In this document: positions 9,950 through 18,564 of the stretch, one piece after another
Numbering within the stretch: position 1 is the first letter of the stretch
How the letters are laid out: the number at the start of each line of letters is the position of its first letter
IMG/VR virus record: IMGVR_UViG_3300036770_003021
Location: 1-64,000 of that record
DNA: 64,000 nt
Direction: 5' to 3' (one strand)
Source of the DNA: an uncultured virus (IMG/VR IMGVR_UViG_3300036770_003021)
Lineage: Duplodnaviria > Heunggongvirae > Uroviricota > Caudoviricetes
Made by a program: the position numbers and the translations under genes
Notes under the pieces: model-generated
What the model was told of the DNA's origin: nothing
Database searches by the model: none
What the model saw: the letters and a program-made list of their open reading frames with translations, nothing else

Positions 9950-9981
9950 AAGCCGGTGGGGTATAAAAACTCCACCGGCTT
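9950..9981. terminator. Stem-loop / terminator between gp32 and uvsX
   Basis: aagccggtgg...ccaccggctt inverted repeat flanked by A/T runs. Confidence 0.65.
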
Positions 9982-9992
9982 ATTTTTATTTT

Positions 9993-10829
9993 TTAGGAGT
10001 TAAACAAGTCATCAAATGCTTGTTCTACACTGTCTTTACCCTTTGCTTTGGCAGCAGTTGGTGAAGCTGGTGCCTTAGCTGTAGCAGTTGCGGTTACTGC
10101 TGGTGATGTTGAAAACGGAGCTTCATCATCATCTCCACTAGGAGTAGGTTCAGCTGCAACTTCAGTTGCGGCTGATTCTGGATTCAACCACTTATCCATA
10201 ACTTCCTTCAAGTCATCATAGGATAGTTCTTCAAACAAATCCAAGATGTTTACTTGTGCCTTTAGAGCATCCAAGAGTTGGGTATTCTTTGGATCTACGG
10301 CGACACTTACGTTTGGCTTAACACGAATGCTGGTTTCTGGGAAACTAGCTCCGCCTTCAGCTGTCTTGAATTCTACAACGATATCACGACCATTGGTTAG
10401 ATCGGTAATATCACCGAAATCAGGATCACTGATGATTGAAAGAAGTTCTTGATAAACTTGCTTTCCAAATCCCCAGAACTTGACACCTTCTCCTTCTTCA
10501 CCACGAACAATGACTGGTACGAAAGTACGCATCTTTGGCTCCATCTTACGACCCATCTGCCAATCTTCCTTTGAACCAGTCTTCTTCAGACGGTTAGCAA
10601 ATTCAACGATTGGATCTGGACGACCAAAACTATCAGGAGATAGATAAGTCTTGTTATTGATGTTGTAATGAAACTTTAGTTCGATAAACGGATTCTCAGG
10701 TACGTACTTATATGGTACGATACGAACTACTTGTTTACCTGGCTTTGGTTTCCAAATCAAGTTGGATTTTTGATTTGTGTTTGAAAGGGAGTTCAAACGA
10801 CTCTTTAGTTTACTTAGATCTAATGCCAT
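9993..10829 (-). CDS. gp32: Single-stranded DNA binding protein (T4 gp32-like)
   Basis: WKPKPG..VRIVP, PF.EL.FHY, GVKFWGFGK.VY, GDITD..GRD, acidic tail ending FDDLFNS. Confidence 0.85.
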   Translation of the reverse strand: MALDLSKLKSRLNSLSNTNQKSNLIWKPKPGKQVVRIVPYKYVPENPFIELKFHYNINNKTYLSPDSFGRPDPIVEFANRLKKTGSKEDWQMGRKMEPKMRTFVPVIVRGEEGEGVKFWGFGKQVYQELLSIISDPDFGDITDLTNGRDIVVEFKTAEGGASFPETSIRVKPNVSVAVDPKNTQLLDALKAQVNILDLFEELSYDDLKEVMDKWLNPESAATEVAAEPTPSGDDDEAPFSTSPAVTATATAKAPASPTAAKAKGKDSVEQAFDDLFNS

Positions 10830-10888
10830 AATTATTTAATGTTTAATTGTTAATTAGTTAATTACTTCAACGGATCACTCGACCCGTC
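10830..10888 (-). promoter_or_regulatory. Putative gp32 autoregulatory translational operator
   Basis: Hairpin (10869-10888) followed by four or five AATTAA(C)-like repeats directly before the ATG. Confidence 0.5.
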
Positions 10889-10950
10889 ATATAACCAACC
10901 TAAAATCAGTCTACACTATGTATCGACTGAAATCAAGTCTAAAATATATA

Positions 10951-11340
10951 TCAAATTTCTTGGATAGAAAACAATTTTAATGGAACTATTTTTACACCAA
11001 TTTCGTTGGTTAGTATAATACTGTTTTTATATAGTTCCCAATTTAATTGGAAGTTCTTATCAAATACACCATTGTTTTCGTCAGCAATCAACTTATTCAT
11101 TGCGTTGAGCGTATATAGTGTATTTGTTTGTTTCTTACGATGAATACTTATAGTGCCTTTGTAACGATTATTACGTTCGGTTTTTTCCACATTAAACGTT
11201 AAGTACAATTCCCGAAGATTATTCTCATTTGCAAATATAAAAATCTTATTATCGATCAATGTATATTGTTGAGTTATCTCTTTAATCGTTTCAGTATAAT
11301 TTATACTGTTTGCAAATGTGCAAAGTAGTTGTTTATTCAT
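10951..11340 (-). CDS. Hypothetical phage protein
   Basis: 129-aa ORF overlapping the upstream stop (ATGA); KQLLCTF and HRKKQTNTLYTLNA segments. Confidence 0.7.
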   Translation of the reverse strand: MNKQLLCTFANSINYTETIKEITQQYTLIDNKIFIFANENNLRELYLTFNVEKTERNNRYKGTISIHRKKQTNTLYTLNAMNKLIADENNGVFDKNFQLNWELYKNSIILTNEIGVKIVPLKLFSIQEI

Positions 11341-13655
11341 ATTTTTTCTACTACCTTAGATCCCTCTACGCTAAATGTGAAAGCACTACCACTGTTGCTT
11401 TTCATCAAATATTCAATATATGTTGGAACAGTTATATCATCTTCTGTAACCATGCCGTTAAAAAGATACAAATATACCGTTAGGTATCCTTCGTCTGGAA
11501 CTATGTTTATTTTAAGTTTTCCTAACTTTAAATCGTCAATTTTATCAGGTACTTCAAATTTAAAATTTCTTTTATACTTTAGTTTTTCAATTTTTTTGCC
11601 GGTAAATTTAATTAAAGGTAAACTAACATTGTTTCCAAATACAGCTTCTGTAGAAAGTACACTAGCAAGTTTAATAAACTCCTCGCGAATTTTAGAAGAA
11701 TCAGACGAGTTTACATCTTTTAGTATATTTGCTAATATTAAATCAATATAACGTAATGACAATATATTAGCTCTGTATTTTAGAATAGGATTCAATGTTG
11801 CTCTATCGATACAATCACTTACATTGTAATCATTTTCAATGCTATTTAACAAGTTTATTAAAATGCTTCTGAAATTTTTCACACTTTCAATTTGTTCTTG
11901 TGAAATTAAGATTGGAAAATTTTGTTTTAACAAAGGGTTATTTGAATATTGTAATATTTTTTGTATTAAAACTACGTCTGTATTATCGGATTTTAAAATG
12001 TTCCGAAATGCTTTCATATTTTTAAACAATGAATCTTTTAATTCTGCTCCTTCTTTACCACACTTACCTTTAGCCTCGTTTACAGGTCCAATTTCTTTTT
12101 CAATTTCATTTTCTAAACGCTGTATGTTTTTGTAATCAGAATTATTAATTTGTTTTACGTTATCATTCAATTCCTTAGAGAAAAAGCTTGAAATTTTCTT
12201 GGTAAATGGATTAATAACATTTATGAAAGATTTATAGTATTCTTTTGCTAAATCAGGTACGCCCTTTAACTTTGTTATTAAAGTAGAAATACTTTGAGAA
12301 ATTGTATCCAATAAACCTTCATTTAAAGGTTTTGGCTTTTCTTTGGAAGGTACAGCTGGAATATCTTGGCCAACATAAGAAACGAGTTGTGTTAATACAC
12401 GACCAAGTTTTGCTGATCCGGCTTTTAAACTTATTAATGCAAATTTAACATTTTTATTTTTAATTTTTGCCATTGAATCAACATCTTCTTGTTCAATGTT
12501 GCCAGATTTCAAAGCCTCATAAACATCATTAGCCGAACCACCATATATTAAAACTATATCTGCTGTGTTTTCTTTTCCTTCCTTTTCTTTGATAAATCTT
12601 TTATTATAATCTTCAGCGTAGGTATAAAACTTTTTAATATCTTTGTGAATAAAATCCGTTGGTTTACCCAAGCTTTCAAGACTTGTGCCATTAAGACCGC
12701 CTATTTCTTTCAAATCAATGTCTACTAAATCGTATATTTTTATATTTTCTACACGAGCTTTCTCATCTGATATAGCTTCTAATTTTGAACGCAAATTTCC
12801 CCACTCTTTTAAGAAACTGATGGCATATGAATTGTAATTTCCACTCACATTTAAATTTTCAAACGTCTTTATTCCATTTGCAAATAAAATGGGAATAGTT
12901 TCAAAAATTAAAGTTCTTTGTGTTTTTTCTGCATTTTTCAAAAAGTCCAATTTACTTAATAGTTCAACATTAATTTGGTCTTTAATCTTCTCTGCTTTTT
13001 TGATATATTTAGCAGGCGCAATTGCATCAGATACAATTACATTTTTAGAAATAGTTTCATCGTATATCTGTTCACCTATTAAATCTCCATTAGTATCAAA
13101 CCATTTGAATCCTTTGTTGTAAAATCCATAACTTTTAGCTTCATCTACACTATAATTAACAAGTGGCGTTTGACCTGTTAATATAGCTTCCACTCCCCAA
13201 GCATCTTGTTTTTTCTCCGCTGGTGTTCTTTTGTCTACACCACTGTCACCTTCGATGTCTTTATCTAATGTTTGATCTAACGTGGCAGGTTCTTTCTTAG
13301 ATGGTTCTGAATCTGTTTGCGCATCAGTTCCTTGTTCGCCATCAGCTTTAAAAATATTAGCTTGAGCCTTTTTGGGATTTTCAGCGAAGTGAGTACCTTT
13401 ATTAACAGCTCTATCTCTGTATTGTTTATTAGGAAATGTTACAAGTATACCATCTTTATTATATGCTTGTCGATCTGGAAATCTACCCGCTTCAAATAAC
13501 TTAGCGGTCTTTTCTACTATCTCATCGATATTATATCCAGCTTTCTCTAGATATTCCTGCAATATAAAAACGTGATCTTCGTTCTTAAGATCCAATACAC
13601 CGTTCTTAATACGATTGTCACAACAAATTTCGTTTACTAATGATTTAAAGTTCAT
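11337..13655 (-). CDS. Large hypothetical protein with a possible PD-(D/E)xK nuclease-like domain
   Basis: 772-aa ORF; NTADIVLIY...ALISLK pattern; leader MNFKSLVNE; TATTTATA 4 nt upstream. Confidence 0.6.
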   Translation of the reverse strand: MNFKSLVNEICCDNRIKNGVLDLKNEDHVFILQEYLEKAGYNIDEIVEKTAKLFEAGRFPDRQAYNKDGILVTFPNKQYRDRAVNKGTHFAENPKKAQANIFKADGEQGTDAQTDSEPSKKEPATLDQTLDKDIEGDSGVDKRTPAEKKQDAWGVEAILTGQTPLVNYSVDEAKSYGFYNKGFKWFDTNGDLIGEQIYDETISKNVIVSDAIAPAKYIKKAEKIKDQINVELLSKLDFLKNAEKTQRTLIFETIPILFANGIKTFENLNVSGNYNSYAISFLKEWGNLRSKLEAISDEKARVENIKIYDLVDIDLKEIGGLNGTSLESLGKPTDFIHKDIKKFYTYAEDYNKRFIKEKEGKENTADIVLIYGGSANDVYEALKSGNIEQEDVDSMAKIKNKNVKFALISLKAGSAKLGRVLTQLVSYVGQDIPAVPSKEKPKPLNEGLLDTISQSISTLITKLKGVPDLAKEYYKSFINVINPFTKKISSFFSKELNDNVKQINNSDYKNIQRLENEIEKEIGPVNEAKGKCGKEGAELKDSLFKNMKAFRNILKSDNTDVVLIQKILQYSNNPLLKQNFPILISQEQIESVKNFRSILINLLNSIENDYNVSDCIDRATLNPILKYRANILSLRYIDLILANILKDVNSSDSSKIREEFIKLASVLSTEAVFGNNVSLPLIKFTGKKIEKLKYKRNFKFEVPDKIDDLKLGKLKINIVPDEGYLTVYLYLFNGMVTEDDITVPTYIEYLMKSNSGSAFTFSVEGSKVVEKI

Positions 13656-13682
13656 CTATTATAAATATAGATATAAATATAT

Positions 13683-14981
13683 TTACAATTGGACTAATTT
13701 CAAATCATTATAATTATTTCCCGTGTAAGTCTTTACCTTAAATCGCTTGTTTTTAAAGATCTCAATCAAATCAGTAATATCTTGTCTATCCACATCATTG
13801 TGAATATCAAACACTATCGAATCATATACATACAGAATAGGTACGATCTTTTTGTTACTAACAAACTTAATACACTTACTTAAGCTGTCAATTCCATATT
13901 CAGTTTCAGCAGCTTGAATAATATAAGCAAACAACTTGTTTTTGTTGGCATCAACTATATGTTTATTTGTTATCTTTCGTTTATATATCGGAGTTGTTAT
14001 ATACCCATTCTTCTCAAACTTTTTCCAATATTTATCCTTTAACTGTTCAACTTTGTGAAAATAAGGAATATCACAATATTGATTGGAAATCTGACCATAT
14101 AGATTTACCATCGTTAATTTCTTTGATTTGCCAATATCATCAGCTGTTACATTGACAATGTTAAAGTAATATTTAGCTAAATGTTCATATATTGTTTCTT
14201 CTTCGGGTACTTTGTACTCCACAAGATTTGCTACAATGTAAGGATGGAATCCTGTAAAATCAATCATCATCAAATGACCATCTTGTCCATATCTTGAAAC
14301 AAAACTAGCTCTCGACCCATCATCTTTTTTAAGAGCTACATAATTGATGGTATCATATGAATTACTTGGTCTTCCCGTTGGATTGTATATGTTGTAGTTG
14401 GTATATACAAATTTATTATAAGTTTTGCTCTTGAAATATTTTGAAAAAACATCAACGTCTACTTTGATTCCGTTCTTTTCTACTTCAAACAATGTATCAG
14501 ATATAACATTGTTAAAAAATTTAAAACAATAACTCTCAGTTTCCTTTGAATCCAAGTGTTTGATTTGTTCTACCTCTTTATCAAAGACCTGTTGATGTAT
14601 AACATATGGTAATATCAAATTAAAGTTATTGATATTGTAGTAACTGTGTTGTAGAAAATTTCTGCTAAGGTTTTCCACTTCATCCAATGTTTCATTGTTG
14701 TCTATAAATCCAAATAGATTAACATCAATTAGTTTACAGTTTAACCAATACTTATATGCCTTTTTATTGTTAACGTATACTGTAATATCTTTTGATTCGA
14801 TGCCCAGTTTAAATTGATCAAACGAACAATCCACAGGCAAATCACCGTGGGAAAAATTTAAGTAATGTCTCTTACCGTCTTTAAAATCATAAATAAAAGC
14901 TGCAATAATATCATTACAAGCATTATGATAATTATTGTGCTTTGTTACTAATTTTAGATAGATTTTAGACGAATACTCCAC
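13683..14981 (-). CDS. Short, divergent family A DNA polymerase
   Basis: TGRPSN, motif A MIDFTGFHP, motif B SKKLTMVNLYG, IIQAAE, motif C YVYDSIVFD; GTG start. Confidence 0.8.
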   Translation of the reverse strand: MEYSSKIYLKLVTKHNNYHNACNDIIAAFIYDFKDGKRHYLNFSHGDLPVDCSFDQFKLGIESKDITVYVNNKKAYKYWLNCKLIDVNLFGFIDNNETLDEVENLSRNFLQHSYYNINNFNLILPYVIHQQVFDKEVEQIKHLDSKETESYCFKFFNNVISDTLFEVEKNGIKVDVDVFSKYFKSKTYNKFVYTNYNIYNPTGRPSNSYDTINYVALKKDDGSRASFVSRYGQDGHLMMIDFTGFHPYIVANLVEYKVPEEETIYEHLAKYYFNIVNVTADDIGKSKKLTMVNLYGQISNQYCDIPYFHKVEQLKDKYWKKFEKNGYITTPIYKRKITNKHIVDANKNKLFAYIIQAAETEYGIDSLSKCIKFVSNKKIVPILYVYDSIVFDIHNDVDRQDITDLIEIFKNKRFKVKTYTGNNYNDLKLVQL

Positions 14982-14987
14982 ATCTTT

Positions 14988-15015
14988 AGTGTATACTGTT
15001 TACACCAAATGTCAA
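14988..15015 (-). promoter_or_regulatory. sigma70-like promoter TTGACA-N16-TACACT of the PolA-like gene
   Basis: Consensus -35; the -10 ends 6 nt before the GTG start. Confidence 0.55.
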
Positions 15016-15020
15016 TTGAT

Positions 15021-15404
15021 TTATTTGTAGAACTGAGTAAGATTGGTTAGAACGTCGTTGGTTCCGTTAATCACTGTATTTATTTGTTCCACTTGCTTCT
15101 TGTTGTACTCAATTACTCCTTGTTCCAGTAACATCTTACCATCATACTTACTGTTTAACGGACCTGTTATTTTCCATTTCAATTTGGCTTTTCTGAAAAA
15201 GTTTGAGTCTATTTTGTTGTAAACGTCGCCTGATACTTCTGTTATTTCTGAGTAGTTAATCTTGGAAACTAGATATCTTTCTATATAACCCACCTTATAA
15301 TCTTTTTCTTGTGGTTTTGGCAAAAACGTATTTGGTAAATTAATGTTAAAATTACCCAGATTTAATTTTGTTTTGGTTGCAACATCAACATCTTTTATAA
15401 TCAT
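15021..15404 (-). CDS. Hypothetical protein in the baseplate operon
   Basis: 127-aa ORF overlapping the upstream stop; P..KDY..GYI.RY and L.WKITGP segments. Confidence 0.65.
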   Translation of the reverse strand: MIIKDVDVATKTKLNLGNFNINLPNTFLPKPQEKDYKVGYIERYLVSKINYSEITEVSGDVYNKIDSNFFRKAKLKWKITGPLNSKYDGKMLLEQGVIEYNKKQVEQINTVINGTNDVLTNLTQFYK

Positions 15405-18265
15405 ACAGGTATTAGTTCAATGTTTTGATCTGCTACACATCTTGCCAAACATCCAACAACAGTTTCCCATTTGCCATTGCCAGCTGTAACATAATGTGTA
15501 ACATCTGTTATCATAAATATTACGTTCTCAGGAATATAAGGTTTTGGAAAATTTGAAATACCAAAGTGTTGAAACATTCTAAATCCAAATATACCATCAA
15601 ATGTTACTGTCAACGAAAAGTTAGGAGAGATTCCACTATATAAAGATAAATTGTTTTCTATATCTTGATCGTCTATTATTTGTCCCAACTTGTCTTTTAA
15701 ATCGGTAGATAAATTCAACTGCTTGTAATTCTTAGCGGCATCATTTGGGTTTTCACCATCTACAATATAAGCACTTGTTAATGTTAATACCTTGTCTATT
15801 GTTCCGTGCGTTTGTATTGCGGATATTAATGGGTTTTGATCTACTGTAATTTCTTCTTGCGAAGGCACTGTATTACTTTCACCAGTACCTGTTTCTTCTT
15901 CATTGAAGACATCCAATCTATCTATAAAACTGGTAGCAGGCACACTTGAATTCTTAGCACTCATCGATGTGTCAGAAGAATCTGGTTTGTTGATACCCGC
16001 TTGAAATAATGTCAACGTAGCTTGTTCGCTCGTCAAAGAAGTATCTAAACTAATGTTTTTTATGCAGGAATCAGTGCCACCAGCATCAAAGACATATACT
16101 TGTTTTAGACTAGGCGATTTGTCACCTAAATCAATATAATTGTTATCCAATATAGATAATCCGCCCAAATCATCTTGTGATATTTGGAATTTCCAAAATC
16201 CATTAGAAGCTTCATTAATAACATTCATTATTGCGTTTGCGAACTGTTGCCAAGTTTGAACTTCTTTGTTTTCTACAATTTCCAAGACTTTGGTTTTGCT
16301 TATGTATATGTTTTTTAAATTACCATATCTAAACTTCTTGTATGTTCTTTTAATTGACTGCGATCTTGTTTTTTGAGGATCGGATAATACAAGTTCTTCA
16401 CCTGTCAATACAACTTCTTTGTCATAAATAAACGGAAATGATATATTGTCACTTGGACTATTTTCACTTATACCACCAATATCATAATATAGTCTATTGA
16501 TAACAGTATCTAAATTATCTCTATAAGCACCCGCTGTTTTAAATACAGTTTCGACTTTTTTAGCAGCTCTATAAAGTTCATCATTTACATCGGTTACCTC
16601 TACATCATATTTTGATTTTAAAAACGCATTTTGATTTGGATCGCCATTTTTCAAATACCCACCAGACTTGATTTCATTTTCAACTCGACTTTGTGCAGTT
16701 GGATCCAATTTGTTATTTTTTACAGTATTTAAGTAACTTTCATCTGGAAGTTTTTTGCCAATATTAAATTTAGGAGCAATTCCATTTGGTATTAATACGT
16801 GTGGATCACAACTTATTAAATTTGGATGTGCATTTATTATCTTATCTACATTAATAGTAAATGTTTTATTTGATACGACGGAACAGAATTTGTTAGCAAC
16901 TTCAAAAAGAAAATCCAATTGCATCCACACTTCATCGTCGCCTTTGGTATCAAAATCACAACGATCATCTTTATATGATACAGCTTTGTAATTTACTCCA
17001 CCAATATTAGTTGATTTATATGATATATTTTCATCTCCAACTGGTACAGCTGGTTTTTTATATACATTAGGCGCATCTGTTCTTCCTATAAAAATTCTGT
17101 TTTCAATTTTTCCATCATAAAAAGTTTGTTGTTTTAAAAACTCCTGTGTTTTAGAATTGTCATAATCTTCCGAATTGGATATACCGTTTGTAGCAATATA
17201 TTCCATAAAATTTTTACGATCAATAACAACTTGCTTTAACTTGGGTAAAGCGGTTTTCAAAAACGTTTTTAATCCTGTATATTCTTTTGTTTCTGTTGGT
17301 ATTTTTTTGCCATTGGAATCGGTCTTTGAATTTGTTGTGGTACTTACATTGTTTTCCGCAGGCATACCAGCAAATAATGCTTGTCGAGAAGTTAGTTCCA
17401 CATTGCAATCATATATAGTACCGTCTTGTGTTGAAAAATTATACTTGGTTACAATTCCAGTAATACCACCATAATTACCATACGATTGGTACCATTTATC
17501 CATTATTTTTTGTGGAGATTGTATTATTGACCAACATTCATTTTTGCTGGATAAATCAATCAGTGAATTGATATTAAACAAATTCCATCCTATTTCAACA
17601 AACACATTTATTCTGGGTGTCAAAAAGAATGGTGCTAGATATTCCAACTGAGCCAATCCATAACATTTGAATTTTATGGTAGCAAACGACAACATATCTT
17701 TGCTAGTTTTTATTTCTATGCTATCTAAATTAGGTGGTGGTAACACAGAAGACACTTCAGATTTCTGTACGCTTTCTATAATCTTGCCGTTTTTGTTAAA
17801 TGTACTTGGCCACTTGTAAGAAAATTGATTTCTATATCTAGAATCTATATAATGTGGATTTCCATTAGCTTCATATCCAATAACAGACTTGTCTTGTTTT
17901 AATACATTGCCATCTTGTTTAAAACCATACATTTCATAAAATCCACTGCCAGGCATAAACAAGAATCCATCATAACTCTTTTCTTCTCCGTTTTTATTTA
18001 GTATCGTACTACGAGGTACCAATCCATTTCCAGCTATACCAGTGCCATTTGAAAAAACTCGTACCCACGGAGTCATTGGTCCTTTGTACTGACCATGCTT
18101 ATTGTAGAAATCATATACAACACCACTTGGGTCACCTGGGGTTGGATAGTTAAAACCAACGTTATTTGAGTTTTTTCTGCGTCTTAATTCACGAATTAAT
18201 GCAACAGGAATGTTTTGTACTTCCCACCATCTAGGTTCTTCTGCAATTTCATCCTCGTATGCCAT
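15401..18265 (-). CDS. Putative baseplate hub / tail protein
   Basis: 954-aa ORF after tape measure and LysM-like genes; C-terminal LTVTFDGIFGFR...FMITDVTH...WET resembles hub-type beta-barrel ends. Confidence 0.55.
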   Translation of the reverse strand: MAYEDEIAEEPRWWEVQNIPVALIRELRRRKNSNNVGFNYPTPGDPSGVVYDFYNKHGQYKGPMTPWVRVFSNGTGIAGNGLVPRSTILNKNGEEKSYDGFLFMPGSGFYEMYGFKQDGNVLKQDKSVIGYEANGNPHYIDSRYRNQFSYKWPSTFNKNGKIIESVQKSEVSSVLPPPNLDSIEIKTSKDMLSFATIKFKCYGLAQLEYLAPFFLTPRINVFVEIGWNLFNINSLIDLSSKNECWSIIQSPQKIMDKWYQSYGNYGGITGIVTKYNFSTQDGTIYDCNVELTSRQALFAGMPAENNVSTTTNSKTDSNGKKIPTETKEYTGLKTFLKTALPKLKQVVIDRKNFMEYIATNGISNSEDYDNSKTQEFLKQQTFYDGKIENRIFIGRTDAPNVYKKPAVPVGDENISYKSTNIGGVNYKAVSYKDDRCDFDTKGDDEVWMQLDFLFEVANKFCSVVSNKTFTINVDKIINAHPNLISCDPHVLIPNGIAPKFNIGKKLPDESYLNTVKNNKLDPTAQSRVENEIKSGGYLKNGDPNQNAFLKSKYDVEVTDVNDELYRAAKKVETVFKTAGAYRDNLDTVINRLYYDIGGISENSPSDNISFPFIYDKEVVLTGEELVLSDPQKTRSQSIKRTYKKFRYGNLKNIYISKTKVLEIVENKEVQTWQQFANAIMNVINEASNGFWKFQISQDDLGGLSILDNNYIDLGDKSPSLKQVYVFDAGGTDSCIKNISLDTSLTSEQATLTLFQAGINKPDSSDTSMSAKNSSVPATSFIDRLDVFNEEETGTGESNTVPSQEEITVDQNPLISAIQTHGTIDKVLTLTSAYIVDGENPNDAAKNYKQLNLSTDLKDKLGQIIDDQDIENNLSLYSGISPNFSLTVTFDGIFGFRMFQHFGISNFPKPYIPENVIFMITDVTHYVTAGNGKWETVVGCLARCVADQNIELIPV

Positions 18266-18270
18266 ATAAC

Positions 18271-18564
18271 TTAACTATTAATCTGTTTGAGATTCTGTAA
18301 TATATTTGGTAAATTGCCTGGAATTCTTAATTGTTTATTTGCATTAACGGACAATTTGCCATCAGATATGTTGTTAGCCAAAGCAATTATCCACCAGTAC
18401 ATTTCATCACCATAATACTTTTTGGCTAAAGCATCCAAATAATCTTCATTGGATGCGGTAATGTATATATCGTCCTCGGTTTCTGGTATATTGGGATAAT
18501 ACGTGGTCTTAAATACCAATTTCCCATCATATCTTTTTTCAGTTGGCGTAAATTGATATCTCAT
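18271..18564 (-). CDS. LysM-like / gp53-like baseplate wedge protein
   Basis: DYLDALAKKYYGD..YWWIIALAN...QLRIP. Confidence 0.75.
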   Translation of the reverse strand: MRYQFTPTEKRYDGKLVFKTTYYPNIPETEDDIYITASNEDYLDALAKKYYGDEMYWWIIALANNISDGKLSVNANKQLRIPGNLPNILQNLKQINS

